Shown one piece after another: positions 1 to 13,694 of a stretch of 64,000 nt of DNA (position 1 is the stretch's first letter; every line of letters begins with the position of its first letter). The notes below the pieces were generated by a model, which was given only the letters and a program-made list of their open reading frames with translations, was not told the DNA's origin and made no database searches. Source of the stretch: Geosiphon pyriformis uo1 (Eukaryota > Fungi > Glomeromycota); contig JAAOMT010000543.1 of assembly GCA_016748015.1 (NCBI GenBank), forward strand, positions 496,001 to 560,000, read 5' to 3'. A program made the position numbers and the translations under genes.

Positions 1-2338
1 TTATTTTTTCGAAGACAGTTCCATTTTTATAAGGAAGCTATAATTTCAATAGATAAGCATAGAAAATGAAGATTTTTATAAAATAAATAAATAGGGTTAT
101 GCCAATTCTGATCTTTGAAAAAATTTTACAACGGCTTTTCAAGCGGCCATTTAATAATAAAATAAAGAACTTGGCGCAATTATAAAACAACATTTGTTTG
201 ATGGAAGGATTTATAAACTTAATATAAAACATTATGGTGAATGAAATATTTAAGGGAAAGGGAGGGTAAATTTGCAATAAAATTCTTCTAATTTTAATTC
301 TTATGAATCTTTTTATTCATTTAATTTATTTAATTATTATTTTAACTCATTCAAAAATAAATTCTCAAAGGGCTATTGTGAGTGGGGACAGAAAATATTT
401 TTCTCTAATAATAAAGTAACACAAAATCATAAAACACTCGATTATGAGATTTTGAAAGATTTGTGACAGATGGAAAAATTTACACTCTGCTGGTTAAAGC
501 AGTACAGACTATTGATTAAAAATTTATCTTGGTAAAAGATTCAGAATTTATTTCAAAAATTGATTCGTAATTATATTATCTAAAAAATATAAGTCATATA
601 GCTCAACTTGTTTTTGAACAAATGAATTAATTTCTTTTGTTGATACAATATGCTATAATTTCCAACATATAAAAAAACCAAAAAATTGCTTGATTTATCT
701 AAAACGATTGAAATTATTTGAGGTAAAAGTTAGAATGTAAAACAGCCATCGGCATCCAAAAAAAAAATACATTTTTGCTTTATCAAAACCTATGAAATAT
801 TAAAAAACTTGAAGCCGAATTTATATTCAATTTTTATTAATAATACCATCAAGCAATAAAAATTTAAAATATTGAATGAATTTTTGGTAAGCTACTTTGT
901 TATTTTTATACTTTCAAATAAATCTTTCAAAAATATTAAATTCAAAAATTAAATTCGTATTTCTTTACATTAATTAATCTAAATTTTGAAAGCTTATTAT
1001 AAAGTAAGAAAATAAATAGTTGAACAGTTCTAAAATAATTTTTTTAAAAAATTTTCCTTTTAAAAAATGACATTATTCAATAATTTTTTTATTTCACTAA
1101 AAATCTTTTTAAATTCAACCAAAATTTTCTTAAATTTTTTTAATATTATTAACTTTAATACTTTAAATTCTCAAATTCTATTTCATTAATTAAAAGTAAA
1201 AAATTTAATATCAAATTTTTTTATTCAGTAAAAAAATATGAAAAACTAAATTTAAATTATTAGATTTTGAAATAAGAAGATATTTGCAAAACTTTTTCTT
1301 TTTGAATTTAAAATTAGTTTCAATTCATAGAATAAATAGATTAATATTAATTATTAGCTTCATATGAAAAAACCCCCAAATATTAGAAAAATTAGCCTTT
1401 TCGTAATACATTGCAATCATATCAAAAATTTATTCCAGGCTCAAGATAAAGATCTGTCAAACAGGGTAGAATTGTAATTAGCGCCAAAAAACCTTCTTAA
1501 CAGAACTAGTTTTGATTACGAGTCTATAAAGTTGTGTAAACATTATTACAACATATCGACATCCCCCCTGCTAAATCTGGCTTCAAGCATTAGAGACGTA
1601 AAAAAAATAATGCTTATTATTCGAAAGCACATGTTCATGCTGTTGAACACCTAAAGAATATAAAAATTGACAATATCGGAATTTATTTAAGAAATGTGCA
1701 TTTTATTAGGCATTCAAAAAAATTTAAATACCTTTCAAAGGTAAATGTTATATTAAAATGTGGCGTCAAAAAAAATTATTCCACCTAAAAAGAAAAACTT
1801 AAAAATATATATCTAAAATTTCAGGAAAAATAATTAAACGACGCTTGATTTACATTCTCATTGAGTCAAAATGTTTTTTCTAATTTTTTCTACAACCATT
1901 TTAAAATGTTAGTCATAATAATATTAAAAAATAAATGGTCTTTTGAAAAATTATATCGATGGTTCATTCTTATTCACTGATATAGAAAATGTTTATTAAA
2001 AATATTAAAAGTAGAATTTCAAGAATTTGAACGAATCGTTTTATTTTCTTTTAATTGTTTTTAAACATTTTGATAAATTTTAAATATATTCACATTTCTC
2101 AAAAATAATACAAGCATATGTCACTTGTCAAAAAAAAATTGGCCAAAATCAAAAAATTTGCACCTAATAGGGGTGATTCAAGTTTGTAAATCTTTTTTTA
2201 TTTATTAAATTTGTTAAATATATAATTAATGATATGAAATGAATTTATATGATTAAAATTAACAAAGCCTGTTTTGCATGATAATATTTTTTTTATGTAA
2301 AATTTTCTGTCAATGGATATAAAATCAATTAAATAGAT

Positions 2339-2389
<51 letters not shown>

Positions 2390-4397
2390 ATAACTCAAAA
2401 TTACTGTTTTTATTTGTTCAAAATTTTAATTTTTCAAATTCTTATTTTATTCATATTTTTTAATTAAATTTTTTTTCACATTATATAAATAAAAAAGTTA
2501 TTTTATTATTAATAAAAGTTAATATTATCTTTTGTTTATAACTTTAACTTTTAATCATTAATCAACATTTATATAAATCACAAATTATAATTATAAAGAA
2601 TCTCTTATCTGGCAAATATATTTTTAAATGATTTCCACTCTTCTTATTTATTTATTTATTTACTTTTAAAATTTAAAATAATTGTTAACTAAAACATAAT
2701 TAATTCAACTTTATGCCAAGTTTAATAAACAACTGTTATACTTATTGTTTTTAAAATCCTCTTGTTGTTTTTTTAACTTTACGAACAACAATAATTAAAT
2801 TTTATTTATGATAAAATGAATGCCTATCTATTGGACATGCTTTTATTTATCCTCGGTGTATAGGTTCAGATTTTTACTTTTATCAATAAATCGCATTATA
2901 TGTTTGTCACATTGTGAAACGCTTTTTCTGTCTATTTTTTTACAAAGTTCACATAGGAAAACCCTTTCATTTCAAATTTGTTTGATAATTAATCTTGCAT
3001 CGGAACAAGTCAAATGATTATCAGATGTTTATATTAGATGATGTTCCTGATTAAGATTAATTCAATTGTTTGTTTGGGTAACAGTGAATTGTCTCATTAA
3101 GACGAAATTCAACTCTTTACCATTTTAGCTTTATTAAACAATTTTAAACAAAAAATTTTTAATTTACAAATTATTGCATAAAATATTTTAAACCAATTAG
3201 CAGGTGAGATTGGACTGTTTAAGTATATTTTTGTTTTTGAATGAATTTTATTCGTCAAAAATTTATCTTCAAAAATTTAAGGTATTGTTTATTTGGTCCA
3301 CATGCGTGAGAAGATGTGTTAGAATAGATTAGATTAGATTAGTTTTACAATTAAGGAATACAATAACCCTATTTTTGTGTGAATACCACTTTTCTATACT
3401 TCATCGAAACAAGCAAGACTTTGAATACTGTATATTAAAAAAATTTTGTAGCGAAAGGTAATTGGTTAAAATGGCTGATCAAAAAAAGAAATTAGATGAT
3501 GAAAATACTCCAAATTTTGTTCCGCAATTGAGAGTTACTTGATGTCAAGCAATTTTTTTCCACAATAAAACAACAATGAGTTATTGATAGATTGATTCAT
3601 CTAACGAAGATTATTTAAATGTCAAGAGAATTTGGTATTTTGAGGATGACATTAATCACGACTAAATATTTACTAATAATTCACCAAGTTTACCTCTAAT
3701 CCCGAAATTATATTTGGTTTAAACAATCTTGCGGATATATTAATTGGGTTTGTATTTGGGTGACAGTGTCTCAAATTTGTTCACTTTCATTGAAAAAAAA
3801 GCTGTTTCTTTGACCCGAGTTTTATAAGATATAGTTATTATGAGTAAACAGAAGCCACTCTGGCAAGCAACAAAGTTCAGTGAGATCTTCAACACAATTT
3901 TTCTCCGGCTGGAAAATGGCTGACACGTGAGACATATGAATACATGCTCAAATAAACAATTTAAAAGTCATATTTATCTTTCCAATTAAAGAAACTTTGT
4001 TTTTTAATAGTTTTCATAGTAATCAATTATTGTCCCGTTTTTTTGAATAATACCAAATATTCATGTGGGGAGAGAGAAGGGTGAACCATTTATAAACATA
4101 AGGAAACTTACAAGAGCTTATTATGTACGACCAAGTTTTTCCACCAAGGTAATTTCCATTTATAAAATATAAGAATATAACTTAAACTAAAAAAATATAC
4201 GTTATGATCTATTATGATCAAAAAGTGATGGTCAAGAGTTTTGAAAGCTTAGCATAAAATGAAAATGGTACCCCATGCATGGGAAAAAATTTTGAGCAAC
4301 TTTTTTCAGATAGATAAGGCTTGTTTTGAAAATTTTAATTCAAAGACATGATCCAGAAGAAAAGCATGCATTTGAGCATCTTTATAGTTTCGCATTC

Positions 4398-5597
4398 TCA
4401 TCTTGGCATCGAAGTCGATTCTGCTATAGCAGTTCCTTCTTCCAATTCTCTAGCTTCTTTTGGCCATACACCAACCAACCTAATCATACTACCCCAAGCT
4501 AAATCTATCACCCACCTTGGTAAAAAATTATGGACCAAGATTTGAACTTTTGCCACAGTACCAACTACATACCGATCATGAGGAAAACCAACTTCCACAG
4601 CCTCTACCACAACACGGACAACCTCTTTAAGGCTAACTTGGCCAGAATGAAGACGTTGCCAGAATTCAATTGCTTTTTGAGTATACTCTTCACCGTATAA
4701 ATTAAGTGTTTGTTCCGTGATTGAAGGCGAAGCAAAGAATCTTTTCGATATTTCGACGAGATCAGGATGTGTCACTCGTGACTTGATTGATCCTGGTTCA
4801 ATCATCGTGATGTGAATTTTCCAAGGTAACAACTCTATGCGAATTGTGTCTAACATCGCTTCTAGAGCATGATTCGAAGCGCTAAAGGCGCCGTAAAATG
4901 GAACAGTGGTCCTACCAAGCACCGAAGTGATGTTGACAATTCGCGGGGAAATATCTTGGTTTTTTGCCGGTTTATGAAGGTTATATTTGATATTTTGTCG
5001 TAAGCTTGGTAAGAGAGCTTTTATCATTCGAATTGGACCCATAAAATTAGCTTCCATGGTTTTTTCAATCTGTTCGGTAGAGGTGAATTCGAAAGCAAAA
5101 CCTTCATTACTTCCGCTATTATTGATTAATGCGAAAAGTCCTTTTTCTTTGGTTTCATTGGCAACCGTTCGTACACATTGTTGAATTGAAGTGTCTTTGG
5201 ATATATCAAGAAGAAAAGGATGAAAATTTGGCGCAGCATGGTTCGCCAAGAAATCTTTAAATGCCGCCTCAGTCAAACATCCTGAGAGGATGGTGTTAAA
5301 GAAAAGATTTAGAATTATATAAAAATGGGTATTTTAACACGAGATGTCATTATAATTATTTAAAGAATCAATGAAAACTGAAAATTGGTGATTATCCATT
5401 TGAATTACCCAGATTATGAACACACACACACACACATAAATACCTGCCAAAACATGATATCCCCTCGTGTGTAACGCCTTTGCGATCAAATTTCCAATAC
5501 CAGAATCACAACCGGTGACTAAAACAAAACGATCGGCAAATTTTTGATTCTGTGGAGGCGAGGAGAAGAATGTTGCAATATACGACATGATACCCAT
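4398..5597 (-). CDS. Short-chain dehydrogenase/reductase, RDH/BDH1-like (2 exons: 5597-5444, 5281-4398); catalytic motif altered
   Basis: TGCDSGIG cofactor motif, VLAG|CLT across a GT-AG intron, LINNSG, RIVNITS and IEPGSIKS are all present. The expected YxxxK reads FSASN. Confidence 0.9.
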
Positions 5598-8500
5598 TTC
5601 GATTCCGAGGTTTTGGTTGGGAAGTTGCTAAAATGGAATTTTGTTTCTGGATAGTGAATTACTCGGCCGAATGATATGTGTGTGAAATGTGAAAATTTTA
5701 ATTCAAAGCTTGAATTTATTGTTGGTTAATGGTTTGCCAAAACTTTGGTAAGTTGGCTTTTTTTGGGGAAATCGATAAAAGATATTGAATTTATATTTTT
5801 GTTCTGGATTGTTCCTAGTAGAAACGAGATTAAAAACTGGAGGAGAAAGAGCAACTATTTTTAATTGGAATAAGGAAAGCTTATGAAGTGTGTGACTTTA
5901 TTGTTTTCATCAAATTCGTTTCAATTCAACATTCGAAATATTGATCAATGACGGAACAATTGAAGCACGTGAAGAGATAGAGAAATTATCTAACAATGCC
6001 TTCGTTAAAATAAAAGGCTGTTTTGGGATTCAAAAATGGATAGAAAGCAAGGTTTTATAATTTTTTCAACAATGCTAAATATTCTTTGATGTTATTAGAT
6101 AAGCGATGATGCTTTTAATAACCCTTTTTCGCTGAAACGGCAAAGAAATATTATTTGCTTGTATTTTTTCCCTGAACGAACAAGTCACTCGAGTTCCTTT
6201 TGTTTAGGTATTTTGACATGTGAAAATATTTGTTTGGGCGGACAGTTTTTTTTTGGTTGCTGCAGCGGGTGATTTTGTAATAACAGATATCCAGTGGAAC
6301 ACGAGTACAAAATGGTTAGTTTGGGTATAGCACCAGATGCAAACTGAACTAAGATACACATGTAAAATGTGAGTTATCATGGCACAAGCGAAAAATTTTA
6401 TGAGCGGCTGTCAAATGATTTTTTTGCTATCATGAAATCATCGAAATGTTAAGTTCCATTGTGCTTTCTTTTTTTTCACCCACGCAGAAGAGTTTTGATT
6501 GAATGAATGAATGAATGATTGATTGATTGATTGATTGATTTTTTGAAGTTTGATTTTTCTCGCTAACTACTTTCTTGCATATATATTACTTCTTTCAAGA
6601 TGCATAGTTATTGCTGCTTCAACTGACAGCCTATGCAGGGCTATACTTGCATTGCGTTTTTTTTTTTTTTAATGCAGCCTTGAAAGCTTTTCGGTTCGAT
6701 CCCACGTTTGAAAGCGTGGATTCATCTATGTCTCGAATTAACGTTTAAGACTAAATTTCAAAGCCTGCAAAGTCCTGAAATTACCCCATCTAGATAAGTT
6801 TTTAACATTGTAAACGCAGGCCGGAATCATTTAAATATTCCCATGTTTTACTGGTTCTAAACTCAGAAAATTTTTAGTCTAAAAATTATAAAAATCTATA
6901 TCCGAAAAAGATTTTTTTTTTGCGCCAAAAAAGAATCCTAATCGCAAATATCATGGGTATAAATAGTAGATTGTGATATTCTAATGCATAATATCCTGAT
7001 ATTGTTCCATTGTGACTAAAAACGGGACTTTGAGACAAACAATTGCGACATGAGAGAAATTTCTCAACAAAACAATGGATCTTTGAAAAAAACGTACACC
7101 ACTCAAAAATGCCCTGCATACACACACACACACAAACACACGCACAATTTTTTTTTAAAAAAAAGTTTTTTTTTTCAAAAAGACAAGAAATAAAGCAAAG
7201 TCAATTTATTTCACGGTCTATTGCATGAATTTTTTCAAATCTTGGGAAATTGCTTTTTATTTAATGGGTCACACTGCACGAGCGCAAATACCAAGCGTGT
7301 TTTTAAAAAATCATTATTCATCTATATCTCTCTTTATTACTCTGAAAAATTTTCATCGTCACACAGACAGTTTCCCACATGAAATTATGCTTGACTCTTA
7401 TTACTGTGCTGTATATGTAAGGGTTTTTATATTGATATCAAATTTGTGTGTGTGTGTGTGTGTGTGTGTGATGCATTTAGATGTCATAAAATTACTCAAA
7501 AGATCTAGTAAAAGAAGTTTAAAAAAATCAATTTCCCCCCGTGACTTTATTCTTTTTGCGTCTTGCAGCAGACTTGTTTCAAAAAACTCGTGCAAAAAAA
7601 AAGATTTTTTTTGTTTCGATTTCGTCATGTGCTTCTATAACGAGTATTCTTTTTTTCATCAAGATTTTTTATATATATATTGACAGGTAATTTTGGATCG
7701 AATTAACATTTGAATTTGAAATGAACTGCTAATACTTGAATTTATAAGTTGGGAAAACATTTATTAGGTAGAAAAAAAAATTGTCCAAAAGTTCTATTGT
7801 AAATAAATAGTAAATTTTAAGATAAAAACTAATGATTTTAAATTTCTCATTCTTGTATGATAAATATTCAAAATTTTACATGAAGTCCTTTTATATATAC
7901 GTTAATAACTTTAAAAAAAAACCCCCCTTTTCCATTTTTGCAGGTCAAAAGTTTGATCATTGAATAAATTTTTCATTTACTAGCTTTGATAGGGGAATCT
8001 TTCAGTGAGCAATTGTAGAATAAAATTAATATATATATATATCAAATAACACTTTTTTTAAATTTATCTTGACGAAAAAAAATCAATTTTTAAAGAAATC
8101 CTTTGTGGTTTAAAAAAAAAAACAAAGCTAATTATCAGATAGTTCAAAAGAGTAAACTTTTTCTAATGTTAATATTTGAATAAGGATCAAAAAAATTCAG
8201 AAAATCTTTTTTATCTTTTTAAAGCATGAATGGTGAAATAATAATCTTGAAATCTCGCGATAAATATAAATTTTATTCCAATTTTTAATTTTATTTTGAA
8301 GATTCAAACGTATATAAAGATATTTTGCATATATCTGTTTCAAAGTATCTTTTGAAGATATCTTGCATATATCCAAATTTCATGTGTAATTTTTGTTTTT
8401 GTTTTTACTTTATTAATTATTGAACGTAAAAATTCTGGTTCTCGCTAAGGAAGCAAAAGAATAATGATCAAAAGCTTTTTAACCTTCAAAAAAAAGGAAA

Positions 8501-10087
8501 AAAAAGGTGGCTGATCATTTTTAATGCGATTGTTACCATTCAACAAAATATCTTATCTAAGCAAAAAGGCTCCGTTTGCTAACTAGTTTTTTTTTCATTT
8601 ACGTTGCACAAACAGATATTTACCATACATGATTTACAAAAGCATGCCAAAGAAAATCGTATGATAACTACATTTAGAAAAGTTTTTAATTTTAATCTCA
8701 ACAGCCCATTGCTTCCAAATAAGAATTAATAAAGTTTAAAGATAGTAAATCTATTTAACTACCTTAATAAGAAATAACTCCTCTTGCTCTTTTCTAAAAA
8801 AAATAAAAGCCCAAGCTTCGTTCAATCATGTCAAAAAGCCATTTAACTTTATATATTTAAACATTTAGAGATTTGTTTACTCTTAGAAAATCTATAATAA
8901 GGATGTGTTTAAATGAAGAAAATTACATGTTTAAAATAAACATAAACTAAGAATTGAAGAGATTTTGGAATGTGAACTTTTTTTTTTTTTTTGAAATTAA
9001 CAAATTTCTACTTGAAATATGTATATTTTTTTTTAAATTCAACTCTCAATTATTATGGTTTTTTTAATTATGTCAGATTGGTTTGATATAATTCAATTGT
9101 AGGTTTCAAAACCTGTTTTTAAAAAATTGGAGGTTTATTGAAATAGATAAGACTTAATTGGAATCAAAAAAGAAGTTAATTAATATATTTAATTTGTGAG
9201 CCATTTTTTCATTCTTTTTAATTTATCAGCCCTTTTTTTTCAAAACTTTATTCAATATATATAAAATTACACTAAATCTTTAAAAGAATAAATATATATG
9301 TATATGTAACTGAAAGTGAAGTTTTCTAAAAAGTGATTTAAAAAACAGCAATTTTTTACATTACGCCGAGCGCGCAATAACAAATGGTGAATATAGATTG
9401 ACTTAAAAATAAATAAACAATGATTCCATCTTTTATCCAAATGATGTAATTTTCTTGAAAAAAAAAGGCTTTTTAGTCATATGGATTTTTAAAGGATGGC
9501 TCGTACGATTTTTAGGCGTTTCGGTCAATCTCTAGATTTAAAATGCCACAAATTTTCATATGTCAAACAAAAAATATTTAAAAACAGCAATCCAAAGTAA
9601 TTGATGATCAAATTATTCCAAAAAAAGAAATAAATCTTTATACATGTATAATGTCCCTGTTTTTAAAATATTTACCACTCAGAATTTCTAATTTTTCTAT
9701 CTGCATCACATGACAATTTGTGTGGGATCCCAAAACAGGATATCTATGGGTAATGATTCAATCTGCATCATCATCATAAAAATAGATGAGATATATCAAA
9801 AGCCAAAACGTTGTACATTTCAGGAGCGTACTTTGCATGCAAGCCACATTGTAATGAAATTCGACTGAATTAAGATACTATTATTGGAATGATATGTCAT
9901 TATTTATCACCCATTGGTATAAATATTCCTAGAAAAAAGCCGTTTAATCTTTTTCGGAACCTTTTCTTTTCTTTTCTTTTCTTTCTTGCTCTTCTTTCTC
10001 TTTCCTTCTTTCTTTCTTTCTTTCTTTCTTTCTTCAATCTACACATTTCCAAATTTTTTATTCATAAACTCATTAGAAAGACTACTC

Positions 10088-10224
10088 ATGAGAAAAATGT
10101 TTTCAAAAAACCTTTTCCCACTTCATCGTCGACTGCTAGCTCCAAAAAATCCCCAAGTTAAATGGAAATCCACGCAAATTGAACAAATTCCAAATTTTTC
10201 ATACGCAGCAATGAATAACTATTC

Positions 10225-10262
<38 letters not shown>

Positions 10263-11152
10263 CATCAAACTTGATAACCCCCAATATTGAGATTCCATTA
10301 GTGAATGGGCATTCATCGCGTCAGACCAATCCAATATTAAATAAAAATGATACGAAAACTAGTCATGGTTCAATACTTGATGTGGACCCTAGTGGTGGAC
10401 CGGTCACTTTTGAAGAATTGAAAGAGTTGATTGAGATGAATCAGTCTGGAAACTTGAAGGTGAGGGCAAATTATAAATTAATTTGAAATTCTTTCTCATA
10501 TAGTCATTTTAAAATGAATTTTTGTTTTGATTTTAATTTGAAATAGACATTTACTATTGTGGACGTTCGAGAAGTATCCGAATACGCAGATGGTAGCATT
10601 CCAACTGCTGTGAATTTACCGTTGAATGAGTTTCATGATGGTCTCTTGTCTTCTACTCCTCGTGATAAATTAGGTTTTTGATACTTGGGGCGAATCTTAA
10701 CCCCATCATTTTTTGATATACGTAAAATTATTCTTTAGCTCTTTATCTTCCTGAAGAATTATTTTCAAAAGTTTATGGATTCTCAAAATTTCCCAAAGAT
10801 GCACATGTAAGTTTTGACGAACTCGTAAAATAATTTTATCCACATATATATATATATATATATATATAATTCTAATTATCGTTTTCAACAATAAAAATCT
10901 CGTTTATTTTTTCAAAATTTAGCTTGTATTTTATTGTAAAATCGGTCGAAGATGTCATTTGGCCACCGAAATTGCCAAACGATTTGGTTATGAAAGGTCT
11001 CATAAATTTTTATTATTATTGTACATTTCAATCAATTATTATTTTTTTACATAACCATCCGCTCATACAATTCAAAATTTTTTAATAGAGCCAGATATTA
11101 TCCCGGCAGCTGGCTTGAATGGTCAAATAAATTCAACATTTGTTCATTTTGA
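10088..11152 (+). CDS. Single-domain rhodanese/thiosulfate sulfurtransferase (Rdl1/Rdl2-like) with probable mitochondrial presequence, 5 exons
   Basis: The spliced product contains IVDVRE...GSIPTAVNLP, LVFYCKIGRRC and YPGSWLEW. The N-terminus MRKMFSKNLFPLHRRLLAP is basic, and an (AAT)n tract encodes poly-Asn. Confidence 0.88.
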
Positions 11153-11817
11153 CTCAATAATATTGCATTATCACCACTTCATTTTCTCTAAATTGTACTT
11201 TTTTGTTAAATACTTTTTTTTTTTTCCGAAACTGAGAGCTTTGGATTATGACCAAAAAAAATTACCATTATTCAAAGAGAAACATTTCTTTACTCCCCCC
11301 ATTTTCATTACGATTAAGCCTAAAACTCATTTTCACAAATAATTTACTAAGCAAACACCTATTTGATCATACGTTTAAGAAATTCTCAATGACTTTCAAC
11401 CGATTGACAATTTTTTCTACTTATAAAATCACTTCTTCCTTTTTTATTTTTTTTTCAAATACAATCGAAAAAACATACTATTTCTTAAAAGGTAGTTTTC
11501 AGATATCTTTTTTTTTTTCAATCTTCAAAACTATTTAATTTTCAATTTTCACCAATCAAATGTAAACGTGAATTGAAAAATGTATTATTATTTTTACAAT
11601 ATTTGTAGGAACACAAGTTATTTAATAAAAGTTAAATACCAAAAAAAAATATTGAAATAGATGAGATCCAAATCAAAACAAAAATGATATAAAAAAAGCA
11701 AATAACATTCGATATTTTAATAATATTTATTATTTTTATGAGGTAACAAACGTTAAATTTCCAAATTGGGATATATGTTACAAAAATGAAATAACAAAAA
11801 AACTAGTCAAAAACTTG

Positions 11818-11851
11818 AAAAGAATCATGTTACATGTAACATGATTCTTTT
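11818..11851. repeat. 34-bp perfect palindrome with no spacer
   Basis: AAAAGAATCATGTTACATGTAACATGATTCTTTT equals its own reverse complement. Confidence 0.95.
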
Positions 11852-12137
11852 TTCCAGACGATAAAAAAATATCAAAAAACTTAAATATCATCAAAATAAA
11901 TATTGATATAGAACAATGAGAAAATCTAATATATTAAATAAACACAATTTACAAGAATCTTTTTTTCGAAATGAATACTCATACTCATACCCATATTACT
12001 CGACTAATAAGTTTTTGTTATTTTTTTAATCATACTAAAAATATGTAACAATAAAGTTTAGTATGATATTTTAAGTTTAGCCAAAGCATTGAGATAAAGT
12101 TTCAGTGATTAAAGTTTTTTTTTTTGATCCAAAAAAA

Positions 12138-12157
12138 NNNNNNNNNNNNNNNNNNNN
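12138..12157. other. Assembly gap (20 N) within a poly-A run
   Basis: N run flanked by A tracts. Confidence 0.99.
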
Positions 12158-12584
12158 AAAAAAAAAAAAAAAAAAAAAAAAAAGCGAACACAAACGGTTT
12201 TTTGTTATAATAATGAGTTTAACCTTATTATTTTAACCATTCTTTTTTGAGATTAAAATATTTCATTATTGTCTTATTTTAAATAATAATTATAATTTTT
12301 AAATAGAATTTAGCTAGTCTCTTAAAAAAAAAATTTTATTTTAATTTTTATCCCAACTTTTTTTTTTACATTTTCACCTAATTCTCGGGAAAAAAAAAAT
12401 TTAAAAATTTAAATTTATGATATTAAATTTCAATCCGAAATTTATTAATTTTAAATATTTTATTTGGGAAATTTTTTTATAATCAAAATTTATTGCTTTA
12501 AAATAAATGATTATACATATATATATTCCTGAATTTCTAAAATTCTAATCGAATTTATATAAACATTTTTATTTATTAATAAAC

Positions 12585-13694
12585 TTAATTTCCTTTCCCA
12601 AATATCTTTTTCACGAATTTTCCAATATCACGATTAAAATCTTCATAGACGTCCCAAAAAAGTAAATGACCAGCTTTGGGATAGATTATTAGGGTAGCTC
12701 TCGAATTTGTGGCGAGTACCTTTGCCGATGAGACTGGCGTATTAACCAGACGGTCATCAGCACCAAAAATTGCCAGAATTGGAGTGGTGATGTTGCGAAA
12801 TATGTTAACATAACCATCATTATCACCGTATTTGAAAATTGAAGCTTATTTATAGCAGAAAAAGCAATATAAGAATTAGTTTCAATCGTTAAAATAATAA
12901 TAATAATAATAACCTTTTAAACTATGTTTAAAATAATTTTTTAACATACTTAGAGAACCTTCGCGATTAGTTGGTGGTGATGTAATAGCACCACCTAAAA
13001 AGAATGCCTTAACCCTCGGGTCCAATGGTTTGGCAGGAAAAAGATTAATAAATTTGCTAGTTGCATTTACAGCCGTGACCAAATCAGCCGAATACGTATT
13101 TGGTACTATTTCGTTAATAACCGGTACAATTTCTCCTAGATCTATTGTTGCTGCCACAAATATAAAGCCGGCTAACTTTTGCTGTCCATATTTTTTCAAA
13201 TACAAGAATGCCACAAGATTTCCACGAGACCATCCAACTAGAATAACTTTCTTTTTTTGATTGCCTCTAGTTGCTTTTTCTATAACAGCATTCAAGTCAT
13301 CCGCGTAGAGATCAACATTATTGTATTTAGTGATATCGTTTGGTGAATCACTTGCACCACACCCACGCTCATCCCATCGTACTAAATGAAACTTCTCTCG
13401 CAAAGATTTTGAAGTAAATTGTGGTTCCCAAACTAAACGTGTTCCTAAGTAACCATGTAAGAAAATAATTGTAGGTTTTTGTGGATCCCCTACTTCTTCA
13501 GCATAAATTTTTAACCCATCATTACTGGTCACTATGAAATTTTTTATGCCATCTTGATTCAACGATAAAAGAGATACTAGTGGTAGTTGTTGTTTTTCAT
13601 TTTTCAAAGGACTTGAAAAAAGAAATATGGGAAAGAAACATAAAAGTAAAATAAAAATTTGCATTCTTGAAGCTCTCATAAGAATAGTATTCAT
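12585..13694 (-). CDS. Alpha/beta-fold hydrolase (non-heme haloperoxidase/arylesterase-like) with N-terminal hydrophobic signal; 2 exons, intron 12949-12845
   Basis: IFLHGY oxyanion motif, WDERGCGAS, GWSRG nucleophile, FGADD (Asp) and IYPKAGHLLFW (His) are present. The intron is GTATGT...AAG. The start could be 13694, 13679 or 13664. Confidence 0.9.

Noticed and set aside
2950-3720. Possible F-box-like pseudogene fragments
   Set aside because: Only faint peptide resemblance with many stops; I cannot support a call.
6690-6725. GGTTCGATCCC B-box-like motif with an adjacent hairpin
   Set aside because: No acceptor stem, D arm or anticodon arm can be built, so it is not a tRNA, and I have no other evidence for a SINE.
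6886-7683. Cluster of 60-150 aa ORFs
   Set aside because: They are built from (CA)n/(TG)n and poly-A/T runs with low-complexity F/K/C/V composition and are likely spurious.
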